From contig NW_026515682.1 of assembly GCF_025526975.1 (NCBI RefSeq), positions 496,001-560,000 of the forward strand: a stretch of 64,000 bases of DNA, written 5' to 3'. Source of the DNA: Fimicolochytrium jonesii (Eukaryota). This document shows positions 1-13,051 of the stretch, one piece after another. The first letter of the stretch is position 1. Each line of letters begins with the position of its first letter. Under the pieces are notes generated by a model that did not search any database, was not told where the DNA came from, and was given only the letters and a program-made list of their open reading frames with translations. Made by a program: the position numbers and the translations under genes.

Positions 1-2872
1 ATGCGTCTGGTCTGTGGCCATCGCCAAACACCACCAAACGCACAATCAAGAGAAAATACTTGGTGCTTAGGACATCCTGATTGTGCACTTTCATCCGTAG
101 TGGTCGTCTTCCAGGAATCCCAAATGGCGTCCAGTCTTGGTTGATACATTCGGGGTTGGGGCAAACCACCAATCCATGGACGTATTCCATTCTTCCCTTT
201 CTAGCTTGCCACGGCCGAGACAACAGCCGACGTCGGATGTTTTTCTTCACACGGCCGTGGCAGTCAGGGCACACGGACGACGTTCGATACTCATCCAGCA
301 AGTAGCATGGAATGCCGTTTCTCGCAAAGAGTGTGCGGAATCTGTTCCATGATGAGTTAGCATAATAGAATACATAGTAGATACCACCAATCTTGGTCAC
401 TCACCCCTTGGTCTTCGATGACTCCTGAAAGCGCATTGTTTTCCCGGCATCGCTCCAATCACCCAAGATGACCGAAAAATGCTTTCCATACCGGCGTCGC
501 ATGTTCTTAATGACCTTGCTCTCAGACTTTTGCCGCAGTGAGAACGCCTTGAATCTGCGAGCTACGTGAATCTCATCCTGGTAAAACTCATCCAGGGCGG
601 GATCTGGGATATTGATGGATGTCAGCCCATGTATTACCAAATTTGAAAATCAAAGTTGAAGTTGAACATCATACCCGCATGTTCGTAACCCACAATGAAC
701 GCTGAGAACGCCTTGATGTTCATGCTCTTGTGCGATGGAATATGTGATTCCATCTCAGCGATGCCGGCATTGATCTTTTGCTCTCTCATGTCTCTTTGAA
801 AGTACTGAGACTTTGTCTCGACCGCCCGTTGATTGGATGCGTATCTGGTATGGGGTGGTGCATTGTGAGAACGCTGCAACGGAATGTCGCCGCAACGGGG
901 ATGGTGGGGATAGGGGCGGTGGGAGCTGCAGCAAGAGACGGGGGGATGGTGGGCGGAGACGGGGGGCTGGCGGGCGGAGACTGGGGGCTGGCGGGCAGAG
1001 ACGGGGGGCTGGCGGGCGGAGACGGGGGGGGGGGGGGGGAGGTAGCGGGGACAGCAGTGCAGTAGTAATCAACTGAAACGTACCGAAATGGCCGCTCCTT
1101 CTTGATGTCTTGACAGAACAAGAGGTCACGCTTGCCCGGATCAATGCTGACGATGTTTGGAGCCTCCCTTAGTTCGGCGATGTGGTGCTCAAAATACAGC
1201 TGTTAGACTTCTTCCTGCATTTGGGCTTTGCTGCGCTTCCGGGCGCGATGGCCGTACTTGAGCCCTGGCTTCTTGAAGTGGATGGTAGCGGAATACCCGT
1301 TTGTGCTGATTGACCCATCAAATTTGAGACCAAGCTTCTTTCGATGCTTGCAGACCTTGTCCTAAAATCCGTCATTCAGCAAGGTAATCAGATTGAATCA
1401 AGCACAGAAGGGTACAGACTTAACTTACATTCACATTGAGAAACTGCCCCCGCATCTCCTGCTTGCGTTCATCGGTGAATTTCCCCATGCGATGGTGGCC
1501 CAAGGCCAGGATATGAGTGGTTAGGATCTTTGTGTCGATCCGAACAGATGACTGGATTCGAGATTTGCGCAGCGGGATAGCGAAAAACAGCCGCATTCCA
1601 AGGCGCTCATAGAGGCGTGAGAGCTCACAATAGGCACCTGTGATGATGCAGGTGCGGACTATGATTAGACAAAAGAGGAAGCAGCGGGGGGGGGGGGGGG
1701 GGCGTAAATATACAGGATGTAACTCACCTAAATATGGCATTACGTCCACCGCAAGGCTGTACGCAAGCGCTTCATCCTGGGGAGGAAACAGAGCCCATAA
1801 CTTGTCGAGGACGGTCCGCTCAAGTCGTGTGAGGTGCGCAAACTCTTCTTGGGTTGGAAACTCTTCAAACGTCGCAAATTTTGTAAAGTGACGGACCCGC
1901 TGATAATAGTGTTGCCGCTGCGCTCGGTTGACTCCAGCTCTAAGGGGATGCAGTGCGACTTGCTTCAAACCAAGCCTTTCGTTGACGTAGCGCAGAAACA
2001 TTTGCATGAAATGCTCTTATACGTTAACTTTGAGGTTTGTGAGGATGCTCGTAGCCGTGTACGCTGCGGTCTGTTGTCAATACCGCATGCGGATGGGGGC
2101 GAATCCGTGAACATCACAGTAGTCTTGAACCCATGGATGCAACTCTCGCGCGATCACCGGATTGCCGTTGTAGCCTGGATTGTTGAGCAGCTCAAACATC
2201 ACACTGATGTGCTTGTCAGTGATGTCCGGGAAATCACGTAGAGGATGATCAGCAGCGGTGGGCAGACGTGGTAGTCAGGACATTGTTATGGGAAATATTA
2301 TGGGAAATATACAGTGTACCTCAAAAACTCACCAAGGTAGTGCTTGAGAAAGAAGGTCGTGTGGCGCGCAGGGACTGAACATTGCCGATGAATGTTGTCA
2401 GGCGCTCCCTTTGAGCTTGATTCTGATTATGGATGACTTGGTGAAGGGAAACCTTGGTGCCGGCATGTGTTTGCGGGCGGGGTCGTTGAACTGGTGGTGG
2501 TGGCGGGGGTTCAAGCACCAGGGATCCACCCGGTGTGCTGGGAAAACGGAAAGGGATGGGCGCGGGGAGGTTCGGTGGGCGCTGCAGACCCCCGTCCACG
2601 GGTGAAAGCCCTCGCTGCTGCTGGTGCTGTTGCCCGTCTTCATCGCCGGAGCTCTCGCTAACCATGTCTGGAATTGCTTGGGGCAAGTGACGCTGGACAG
2701 AAGGTGGGAAATCGAATCACGGGGGTTGCATTGGTGTCTGCACAGCGGTTGGCGGATTTATGGGCAGCCGCGGGATAACCGGAGCAACCTTCCTCCTCTT
2801 CCGCCGTGGTGTGGTTGCTCTCGTAAAGAAGCCACCCCACCGGTGCCCCTGGAGCGCCTTGTGTGATGACAT
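1..2872 (-). pseudogene. Fanzor1 (TnpB-like RNA-guided RuvC nuclease) copy A, 7 exons, degenerate; 3' end runs just off the window start
   Basis: Spliced translation gives PRRKRRKV NLS, LFFAIPLRKSRIQSSVRIDT, FDGSISTNGYSATIHF, RuvC-I IVSIDPGKRDLL, FRYASNQRAVETK, VILGDWS, RuvC-II LLDEYRTSSVCPDC and RuvC-III HNQDVLSTK. Lesions: CGA>TGA at 2717-2719, 1-bp deletion near 2375, TAA at 1203-1205. Confidence 0.9.
941..1038. repeat. ~21-bp GC-rich tandem repeat in Fanzor intron 4
   Basis: About four GGGGGCTGGCGGGCGGAGAC-like units. The same repeat occurs in copy B at about 26876-26947 as the reverse complement. Confidence 0.85.
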
Positions 2873-3153
2873 GATGGCCGTGCTGTGCCGTGCTGTGCAG
2901 GCAGGTGGTGAGAGCAAGGGGCCTGCTCTCGAGGAGGATCCAGGACTCTCGCTTATTTGCGAAGCGCTGAAGGCTTTCAGAGACTGGCTGGGGGTTTGCC
3001 TTGAATGTGCGAGGGTGGAAGTGTGCGCAATTGCGCGCAATTGTAAGAATGAGCTCGGTCTCGGCGGTCTGTAATTTGTCTGCTCACGACCATGTAGAAG
3101 GTAGAAGTCTGCAGACGCGGAGCCCCAGGGCACGGTGAGCGACACCCGCGCCC

Positions 3154-3311
3154 GCGCTAACGTGGCTTCACAGGCGTTAGCACCCACCCTGCGCTAACGT
3201 GGCTTCACAGGCGTTAGCACCCACCCCGCGCTAACGTGGCTTCACAGGCGTTCGCACCCACCCTGCGCTAACGTGGCTTCACAGGCGTTAGCACCCACCC
3301 CGCGCTAACGT
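3154..3311. repeat. 37-bp tandem array of hairpin-forming units (4 copies plus a partial)
   Basis: GCGCTAACGTGGCTTCACAGGCGTTAGCACCCACCCY starts at 3154, 3191, 3228 and 3265, with a partial at 3302. Each unit has an internal inverted repeat GCTAACG...CGTTAGC. Confidence 0.95.
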
Positions 3312-3614
3312 CACAAGTCCAGCGCTAACGTGTGTGCGTGTCATTACGGCGCCCGCAGGATGGAGACACGCTGGGCGAGGTCTGGACGGGCAGCTCAGGC
3401 CTCCAGCCGCCGGAGCTTCACCGCGAGGTCCGGTCCATCACGTTCGCCCGCGCTACTGGAGCAAGCCCCTAGCCACATCGGACTCTTGTGCGCCAAACTC
3501 GCCTATTGATGAGGCCTTTCTGCACAGGCAAGGTCTACAAAATCTACGCAGGCGGGGCAGGCAAGGTCTACAAAATCTACGCACGAGGGCCGGCTGCTGC
3601 TGGGGGCGGCGCAG

Positions 3615-4195
3615 CTATTCGTCTTCATCTGGGAGGCCGTATTTCCGGATGGCCGCGGCCGTCGCCAGGGGCAGCGTCACAACAGCCGTGTGGCAACTGC
3701 CGCCGGACGTGTCAAGCACCGCCGTTCCGTGGAGCTTGTCAGACATCCACGTCCACATGCAGTCGGGCTGCAGCACCAAGCAGAAGCCTTGCTCTGGCAG
3801 CGCAAATATCCACTCGCCGACGACGGTTTCGGAGCGGCGGCGTAGCCTGCCACCCATTGCGTGCATAGCTTGCGGGCCTGAAGCTCCTCCGGAAGCTCCT
3901 CCTTGGGGGTCAGCTTCCATATGGCGCGGCCTGTGTGCGGGTTCAGCTCGCTGGCTACGCCGTCGTCCAACCGGTCGGAGTGAACGACCACTTGATAGTT
4001 GGTCGTCGCGAACAGCGGGGCAAACTCATCGGAGTGTGGCCCGTACACCTTTGGCATGGACATCATCAGGTAGGCCGCCGCGGTGGGGTTGCGTTTGGTG
4101 AGCTCCTGCAGCAGTCGCTTGGTGAACGCCTTTTCCGTGGCGACGAGAAACTTTGCCAAAATGTCAGCCCCTCCTTTGATTGAATAGTGCCACGT
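3615..4195 (-). pseudogene. Tet/JBP-like 2OG-Fe(II) dioxygenase, C-terminal catalytic half (frameshifted, cut off by the Gypsy insertion)
   Basis: FATTNYQVVVHSDRLD (HxD at 3974-3982), then after a frameshift GEWIFALPEQGFCLVLQPDCMWTWMSDKLHGT (distal His about 3730). The frame continues across the ACGT target-site duplication into the 13056-13229 reading frame. Confidence 0.65.
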
Positions 4196-5267
4196 TGTGG
4201 TGGTGGCCGGCAGAAGCGTGTCAAATACGGGGTTACGGTCGGGTGTCGGGAAAAATAAGCTGCTGGTCTCTCAATAGCACAAGAAGAGATCTCAAGCGAG
4301 AGCGTTGTCTTGCCACCTTAATATCCAGGTGCTTTGAAAGGAGTCCTTCTTCTAATACGGGGTCAGGAATTACGGGCACGGGCACGAAATACGGAATCGG
4401 AATATCTGCGGGTTTGACTACAAAACAAAACAACGGGGTTATCCAGTCTCACTCTCAGCTCTTCTTACGAGATTCCTGAACTATCAAGTCCTCGGCGACG
4501 TCAGCAAAGTACAAGTCACGACACTCGGGGTCGTCTTGTCTAAGCTTTCCGGGTCTATGAGCGCGCCTTGAAGATCTATCAGAAACTGTAAGAAGTCGTC
4601 GGGAGTAAAGAAGTAGAAAGCTCTGTTGTTGATCGGGATCTGTGTTCTGCGTATCGTACAAAGGTCTGGGGAAAACGCGCGGGTTTTTATCTGGATTTTT
4701 CTAGGCTACGGGATTTTGTCGAAGTCCAAACTCTCTACTAGTCTTCTCTAGAGGATTTAGCTACGTCGGGGTCTTTTTCTCTTTTCCTGCGGCGGTCTAC
4801 GTAGTTTTTCCTTTTTCCATTTGCAATTTTGGCGCTGATACAGCCTTATCGCTAATCTTTTCTCGGGGTTTTCTGCAACGTTCGGCGTATATGGCCACCG
4901 GAAATTGGTTTTCTCGTTTCGAGGTGATTTCTTCAGCGTTTCGGGCATTGTGGGAGCTTCTGGTTGGTTAAGAGGCGGGTCGAGGGTGCTTTCATGTGTG
5001 CCATCCTCTCCTACGCCTACATTTTTGCATGTCAGTCGTATCCGAGGACAAAACATCGTCGAGAAGCAAGGTTTCGGTAAAGATAGTTGTATTTGGTAAT
5101 CATCGGAGTGTCGGGAACGCGAGTGTGTCGATTTATTGTCGGAAGTTTTGACGATATTTTGACGTTGTCATATAAAGGTGATTTCATTCGCTCGTCGAAG
5201 ATTCTAGGCGTATAATCAGCGTCAAAATTTTATCGATTTCATGCGCAGTTTGAAGCGCAATACTACT
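4196..5267 (-). repeat. 3' LTR
   Basis: Direct repeat of 11976-13051, roughly 35 differences by manual count. A purine tract (CAAAAGGAAAGA-like on the minus strand, about 5268-5281) lies just inside it. Confidence 0.95.
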
Positions 5268-5298
5268 TCTTTCCTTTTGTCAAATATTGATGTCCTCA

Positions 5299-8200
5299 TC
5301 AATTCTCGTCCGTAATTTTGTCTTCTTCGTCTGTTTCTTCTTCGTCTTCGGCGTTGCCATCGACTATCGGTTGTGTCTGGGTTCGAGTTCGAAATATCTT
5401 CAATCGGTCTCCGGCTACAGGTTTGCGTATCGTTGTCTGGTCTAATTCTTCGATATAATACGTGCCGTTGTTGTTGGGTTTGGTAATTCTGTAGGGTCCA
5501 AACCATTTGTTGTCAGTCTTGCCGGTTTGTTGAGTCAATAGCTTCGTGTTGTGCAGGAGAACTATGTCGCCGGGTTCAAAAGGTCGGTTTCTAATTCGGT
5601 GTCGTTTCTCCCAATACTTCTTGTTTGCTCTTTGGCTTGCGATTAGTCGCTCTGTCGCTAGCTTCAGGTCTTTGTCTCTGTATTGGAATGTTCAATGCGG
5701 TGTTGTAAAAATGTCTCGGTTGTCATGGGTTGTTGAAGATTTGGTACTGTCATCCATGTTTCATACGTAAGTTCGATAGGTAGTACGGCGTCTCTTCCAT
5801 AAATCAGGTAGAAGGGTGTAAACTTTGTCGTTCTTTTCGCAGTAACTCGATCTGCCCATAATGCAGCAGGGAATACGGTTGGCCATTCTCTCGGAGCCGG
5901 TGCGGTTCGAATAAGACGTTCGATAATCGGGGCATGTCCTCTTTCTACTAATCCATTCGCTTGCGGGTGATATGCAGTCGTAATTCGGTGTTTGACACCG
6001 TATCGCTCGGTAAGATGTTGTATCATTTTGTTGACGTTTTCGGGTCCACCATCGGATACTAGGTTTTTGATTGGTCCGTGTCAACAGAATACTTCTTCGT
6101 ATAAGAACGCGGCAATCTTGTCTGCAGTCAGCTTGCCTCTGATCATTCGTCCTTCAGGGTAACCGGTTGCGTCGTCTCGTAAAATCATTCCTCCTTCAAT
6201 TGCGTTCGTTCCTTTTGTGATAAATACAAAGTCTAGTCCACATTTCTGAAAGGGTCGTGTCGTTCGAATTTCGATGTAAAGCGGTTCAAATTCACGTCGC
6301 AGGTCTCTGAATTGGCAGTTGTGGCAGGATTGAACGTAGGCCTTTACTTCTTTGTACAGTCTTGACCAATAGTAGCGTTGTTGTATCTTTCGGAATGTCG
6401 CAAGGATGCCTCGATGTCCTCCTCCTTCCTTGCTTTTGTGCATGAATTGAATAATTTCTTCTTGGTCTTGTTCATTCCCGATAATTTGCAGGGGTGGTTT
6501 CAATCTCCGTTTCGTAAGAATGAATGATTGTCTTGTAGGGCGTATCGGGTACATCGGTTTCGGAATTTTCTTCGCTGGCTAGGGTACTTGTATCGCATTG
6601 GTACGGTCATATCGGTCAGGTATTGACGAATTTCATTCAAATCACTTTTCCATTCGGTTGTGGCTGAATTGACTCGTAATACATGCATTTCCGAATTGTC
6701 GGAGTCTTCGTTTTCAGTGTCGGTGTCATTGTCTGCTCGAGGTTTTCTCGAAAGTCCGTCCGCAGGGTTCTTCTCTCCTTTGATATGTTTGCTTTCAAAG
6801 TCGAATAGCATTAACTGCGCTACCCATCGCATTATGGTGCTGTCGGGGAATTCGGGTTTTTGTAGTAGTTGAATCAAGGGTTTGGCGTCAATCCAGAGCT
6901 TGAAACGTCTGCCCCAAACGTAAGTTCGTAGTTTGCGAACTCCTTTGTAGGCTCCAAGTAATTCAAGTTTGACTATCGGGTCGGTATTTCGTTGCTGTTC
7001 GGTAAACAATCCACTTTCGAATCGTATCGGTCTTTCTCTTCCTTCGGAATCAACTTGGGAGAGTATCGCTCCCCACGAAATGGGTGTAGCGTTGGTCGTA
7101 ATAATGAACGGGGGTGCGTCTTCTTCGTAGTTCGGCGCAGCTAATACCTTGGCAGCGACGAATTCTTGTTTTAACGTATCCATACAGGTCGGTTGCTTGG
7201 TCGTCCATTCGAATCGGGCGTTTTTCCTGTACAACTTGTACAGGGCGTCAGCTTTCTTAGCAAAGTCTTTGATCCAGGCGCGGTAGAATAGAATAAGTCC
7301 GAGGAATGCTTGTACTTTGGTCAGGTTCTGGCAAGGGGGCCAGCTGGTGATTTTTCGGATCTTCAATTGTTCGGGTGCCCTTCCGTCGTAACTGCAGACT
7401 ATGCCTGCGAAACTTGCTTTCGACATTCCCCAGCTTGATTTCTCGCCGGAAAACGTGAGTCCTGAATCGATCATAAGAATAAATACTTTCTTGCAGTCGT
7501 CCATGTGGTCTTGTACGAATTTGCGAATGTTAGGTTTCACGTGTGTCTCATCTCAGTATTTCGGTCCTTTGATGCCCGTATCATTGACATATACGCTGAC
7601 GATGTCGGGTTTGAGGGATTCGAAAACTTTGTTGACTACTCGATGAAATTGAGCTACTGAATTGATTCCTCCTTGAGGGAGTCGGGTAAGTTGGTATAAT
7701 CCAAACGGCGTAAGCATGGCTGTAAGGTCTCTTGATTCGGGGTGTAGGGGTACTTGATCATATCCGGAATACATGTCTGCCATAGACAAAATCGAACGTT
7801 CAGCAAATTCTTGAGCGAAAACTTCTGCGATCGGCGCACATCCGGCATCTCGTATTGTCACGCTGTTGAGCATTTGTACATCTTGTACGAATCGATAAGT
7901 TCCGTTCTTCTTGGGAACGAAGACCCAGGGGTTGCGGTAGGGTCCAAATGAAGGTTCCAACAGTCCTGCGTCTCGTTTCGTTCGGAGTAGGTCTGTCGCG
8001 ATCTTTGTCATCTGCGGGGGTAATCGGTGTGGTTTAACCATCCAGGGCGTATGCGGAATCGTATGAATCTTGACAGGTTCTTCAATGTGTGGCTTCAATG
8101 TTCCTCTTTTGCGGTCGTTGAAAGCAAAAGCCATGTCGTATTTGCGCAATAGTCATAAGAACGCAGCTCGTTCTTCGGTAGTCAAATCTTCTCCGAAAGT

Positions 8201-9969
8201 ACGCAAGTATTCTTGCCCATTGAATCGGTTTTGTCGTACGGTACTTCTGGCGGGTGTCTCGGTAATCGTAGGTCTGGGTAAAGCTTCAGGTCGAATGCCT
8301 CCGGGCAAGGGTTGTGCTAGGGGCTTGATCTTCTTTGCAATGGGCTTGAATTTTGTTTGTACTTGCACGGAGTATAATTCTTCTTCAGAATCGGAGTCGG
8401 AGTGGTATTCGGAATAGGTTCGTCGTCGACTGGGCTGATACAGTTCCTCATAATCGATGCTGTAATCACTGTCGGAATCTGAAACAAGACTTTCTTCTGT
8501 GTCGGATTCTTCGGATAGCATTGGCATATCGTCCATGATTGACTGCTGTCGGTAGGTAAACGCTTGTACATGGTACTCGATTGATTGTTCGTAAGCTTCT
8601 TCAACGTCGTGTTCTGAATCCTGTTTGTTGTCGGTCGTAATCGTGTCGGTAGGTTCTTCAGTGACGTTTCCTTTTGTCGAATCATATTCTTCGCTGTCCG
8701 TTTCGGTCTCATAGTACTGGATCATGTACGATCGCATTTGTAGGGGTCGTCGGAGTTTGTGTCTGTAAAGCATGTCGATATCTTCGAGGTATTCGGGATG
8801 AACCCATCGTTTTATGTCTTCAGGTACGTGTCCAGAGGTTAAATCCCATACTTGGCTGGTGCGGCGAGGAATTGGGCGCTTTTGGCAGAGTCTGGGTCAA
8901 ATATACGACACCATACACTTCCATCATCGCAATTCTTCTCTTCTAATCGGGTAATGCGGCGGTAAGGTCTTCCCAGAATCAAATCGTGACTGAGGGACTC
9001 AGAACTGACAAAACAGGCGGTCGAGCAACTGATGGATGCAATAGAAATCTTAATGTCGTAAACGACACCATTAATTCGACTGGGTCTCCCCCCCATATTC
9101 TTAAATGTAATGTTTGCAGGAATGGTCGTTTCGATCGGAATGTTTAGTGCTTCGAATAAACGTAGCGACATTAGATTCACTTCGGCTCCGGAATCTAATA
9201 GTGCAACGATCAAGTTCGAGTACTGGTTGATTTTAACGATCGCGTGCAGGCTGATTCCACTTAGAGTCGGGGTCTTATAATGTTCCGTTGCGATTTGTCG
9301 AAACATCATCACTTCTCCTTCATCCATCTCTTCAGACTGAATGTTGTACACGTTTTTGAGGTACTGCTGAGGGCGTGCTGAATGTTGAATGGCGTTCACG
9401 TTGAACGACATTTGGGCAACTCGTTCGTCACGGGCTTTCTTCTGCTTTTCTCGATCACTTTGTTTCTTGATTCTTTCTTCATACTGGTCGATTGGTACAC
9501 GGTGTTGTTGTAGATCGGATGCAACGGATTTTCGAAATTCGGGACTGAGAGTCATCAGTTCCGGGAAGGTGATGCCAATATTGACATTCTTGTAAAGTCT
9601 GCATTTGATCGCGTCAACGGGATGATTGCCTTGGTCTGCAATGTCGGGATAAAACTTGAACTTCGGCTGTCTTCGCTTGGGTCGTTCTTCATCCGTATCG
9701 GTCTCAGTATCAGTTTCCATCGGCGTAACAGGTCGATCGTCAGTTGGCCGGTCTCCAATCGGACGGCATTTCTTTTTCTCTCCTGGTTTCAGGATATCTC
9801 TTCCAGCGAATTTCTCGGTTGGCTCGGGTGGGTAATTTTCTCTTTCGGACGGTGTCATCTGCATCTTCCGTATCGGTTCCAGCTCTGGCGGGTGCTTGTC
9901 CACTTTGGGGTCGGTTTCCGTCAGCTGGATCAGCAACAGCAGGTCGCTTCGGATCGCGGGCTTGGGCAA
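5299..9969 (-). pseudogene. Gypsy pol: aspartic protease, reverse transcriptase, RNase H, integrase (fragmented)
   Basis: ALLDSGAEVNLM (protease); DMYSGYDQVPL, RLPQG and YVND (RT, mutated YVDD); RNase H ...HIKGEKNPADGLSR; integrase H-x-GHRG...CHNC, TAYHPQANGLVER and WFGPY. Confidence 0.93.
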
Positions 9970-10318
9970 TAGTCGTATCGAAATGAATGGGATCGTCCCA
10001 GTTCGTAATGTTCCAAATCGTATAGGTCAAGTCTTCTGCATGTTCTTCAAGATAATCTCGGATTTCGGATGAGCGTTCGGAGGTTTCACGGGTCTTTTTC
10101 TTGCCGTCATTTCGCAGCATAAACGAATTGATTGAATGACTGTAGGATCTTTGATTGGCGGAAGTGTTGCGATTGCGAAGTACGGCGGCTTTGGCATCTT
10201 CGAAAACTTTCTTAATCCCTCCTCGTCCGATGTTCAAAGGGATTTCTTGTCCGGGTACTCCAATGGTCGTATTGTGAGGGTACGCAATTCGTCCTTGTCC
10301 GTTAAGAACTAGTTCTTC

Positions 10319-11588
10319 TCAGTTCTGAACCTCAGAAAAGTCTCTGCAAAATCTGCGCTGGTGTCCTTCTTGATCACAATAAACACATCGCAAGGGTCGA
10401 ACATTCGCATTGCCGGTACTCGTTGAGCTACTGCCTTGCGAATCGTTCGCAGGCGGAAGTCGGGTCGCAGGAGTCAAGCTCTGCAGGATTCGGTTCTGGC
10501 TAGTCTGCAACTGGGCCATTCGTTCGGTCATTTTGCGTACTGCTCGGTCAAGTTTACTCTCGGTCTGCAATACTTGTCCTTGTACGAAGTTCAGCTGGTC
10601 ACTAACGGTCGGGTTGGTAATACCGGGGATCGTAAGAATCGGTTTCTGAACTGTCATAGATCGCGCGTCGGAATCGGGTTGCTTGATAACTGTCGTAAGT
10701 TGAGAAAGCGCAGCAACTAGTTGCTTCGGTGATGGCTTCCATAACTCGGCTAACGGAGGGTAACTGAGTTGGTCGCAAGTGGGTTCCACGTTCAGCAGCG
10801 AGTCTTCTGGCTTGTTGGAGAACTCGTTTGTCGAAGCCGGGTTCGTCTTTCCACGGGATCAGAAGCAAATTGATCTTTTCTTTGTCAGCGACCCCATCGA
10901 TTCTTGCATATCCATAGGCCATTTCGTTGATAAATTCTGCAACGTTGGCAGTGTTCCGTTTGACATGGTCTCGTTGACTGAGAGCCCATTGTTCGAGGTT
11001 GTTGAAAGTATGGCGAGTTTGAAAGGAATCAAAGTTCAATATCACCTCTTCAGTAAACGTCACCCAAGTTGGTTCTTCTCTCCATCGAGTATATTTGGTT
11101 ATGTCAAGCGATTGGAAACTAGGCATACTACAAAGCAGCGGTCGAAGGCTTGGTTGCGAATACTGGATGAATGTCTGCATACATCGTTTGTGTTTCAATT
11201 CCACGATTTGTCGCTCCTCCTGATTAGCAATAGCAGGATCTCGCGGGTTGTACGGACTGCGAAGTGTGGTGTGCAGAGGGTTGAGGATGATGCTCGGGTA
11301 CTGGGCGTCAGGTTCATATCCAGCGTCGTTAAGTTGAGCATAGAATAGGTCGAGTTTCTCTTGTACATCTCGTCCATCGAACTCTATAGCTCCAGGTTGT
11401 CCTATCATAGGTAAACCTTTTGAACTAGCAACTCAAAGTAGCATAGCGAACTGGTTGGCAGTCACAGGAAACATCGGGTTGTTTGCCCCATAGTCAGGAG
11501 GCGGGTTAGGCGGATTGTTCAGGTTCGGGTTGGGATCTGGATTCGGGTCAGGATTCGAATTATCGGGCGGCGGATTAGCGTCTGCCAT
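10319..11588 (-). pseudogene. Gypsy gag with CCHC zinc knuckle (interrupted)
   Basis: ATG at 11588, Pro/Asn-rich N-terminus, early stop, FDGRDV motif and CVYCDQEGHQRRFC knuckle at about 10345-10390. Confidence 0.85.
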
Positions 11589-11950
11589 TTTGTCAAGAAA
11601 GTTGCTATTACTTGAAAAATGCGAAGATGTCTAAAATAGACGGTCGAAGATTGTCTCTAAAAAGGAGTCGGTTGTCGGAGTACGAAAGTGCTGACGTCAA
11701 AGAATGGCGCAGCAGAATGTACGTGTGAAAACGCGCTTTTGCATGTCGAAACAAGGGGTAGGCTGTCGAAAAGTCGGGCGGCGATGCGCTGTCGAGCTGT
11801 CAAAAAGCAGCTGTTTTTGGTAGATAGCGAGTCGAATAACTAGCGTATCGATTTTCGTCGGTTTTTGTTGTACGGTAGGTACAAAGTCTATACGGATAAG
11901 CAGGTTTAAAGGATGTCTGAGCGATAGAATCTCTTTTCGTCGAAGAAAAG

Positions 11951-11970
11951 GACTCCTGGTAGGATCGCCA
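11951..11970 (-). other. Primer-binding site, probably for tRNA-Arg(ACG)
   Basis: TGGCGATCCTACCAGGAGTC lies 5 nt inside the 5' LTR. Its complement GACTCCTGGTAGGATCGCCA resembles eukaryotic tRNA-Arg(ACG) 3' ends (from memory). Confidence 0.75.
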
Positions 11971-11975
11971 GTAAA

Positions 11976-13051
11976 TGTGGTGGTGGCCGGCAGAAGCGAG
12001 GGTCTGTCAAATACGGGGTTACGGTCGGGTGTCGGGAAAAATAAGCTGCTGGTCTCTCAATAGCACAAGAAGAGATCTCAAGCGAGAGCGTTGTCTTGCC
12101 ACCTTAATATCCAGGTGCTTTGAAAGGAGTCCTTCTTCTAATACGGGGTCAGGAATTACGGGCACGGGCACAAAATACGGAATCGGAATATCTGCGGGTT
12201 TGACTACAAAACAAAACAACGGGGTTATCCAGTCTCACTCTCAGCTCTTATTACGAGATTCCTGAACTATCAAGTCCTCGGCGACGTCAGCAAAGTACAA
12301 GTCACGACACTCGGGGTCGTCTTGTCCTCTCCGGGTCTATGAGCGCGCCTTGAAAGTCTATCAGAAACTGAAAGAAGTCGTCGGGAGTAGAGAAGTAGAA
12401 AGCTCTGTTGTTGATCGGGATCTGTGTTCTGCGTATCGTACAAAGGTCTGGGGAAAACAGGCGGGTTTTTATCTGGATTTTTCTAGGCTACGGGATTTTG
12501 TCGAAGTCCAAACTCTCTACTAGTCTTCTCTAGAGGATTTAGCTACGTTGGGGTCTTTTTCTCTTTTCCTGCGGCGGTCTACGTAGTTTTTCCTTTTTCC
12601 ATTTGCAATTTTGGCGCTGATACAGCCTTATTGCTAATCTTTTCTCGGGGTTTTCTGCAACGTTCGGCGTATACGGCCACCGGAAATTGGTTTTCTCGTT
12701 TTGCAGGTGATTTCTTCAGCGTTTCGGGCATCGTTGGAGCTTCTGGTTGGTTGAGAGTCGGGTCGGGGGTGCTTTCATGTGTGACATCCTCTCCTACGCC
12801 TACATTTTTCGCATGTCAGTCGTATCCGAGGACAAAACATCGTTGAGAAGCAAGGTTTTGCTAAAGATAGTTGTATTTGGTGATCGTCGGAGTGTCGGGA
12901 ACGCAAGTGTGTCAATTTATTGTCGGAAGTTTTGACGGTATTTTGACGTTGTTGTATAAAGGTGATTTCATTCGCTCGTCGAAGATTCTAGGCGTATAAT
13001 CAGCGTCGAAATATTATCGATTTCATGCGCAGTTTGAAGCGCAATACTACA
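11976..13051 (-). repeat. 5' LTR
   Basis: TGTAGTA...CACCACA termini on the minus strand; direct repeat of 4196-5267. Confidence 0.95.

Larger units (their letters stand above)
4196..13051 (-). mobile_element. Full-length but degenerate Ty3/Gypsy LTR retrotransposon
   Basis: Two ~1.07-kb LTRs, 4-bp TSD ACGT (4192-4195 and 13052-13055), PBS, PPT and the order gag-PR-RT-RNaseH-IN on the minus strand. Many stops and frameshifts. Confidence 0.97.

Noticed and set aside
3154..3311. CRISPR array (37-bp palindromic repeats)
   Set aside because: The units are head-to-tail with no unique spacers, there are no cas genes, and the context is eukaryotic.
3677..4159. MULE transposase fragment (NPTAAAYL resembles a MuDR segment)
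   Set aside because: No DDE or SWIM motifs; HxD...LHGT and GxMxxGFRK fit a dioxygenase better.
4233..4433. 66-aa ORF present twice (also 12019-12219)
   Set aside because: Duplicated only because it lies in the LTRs; no recognisable domain.
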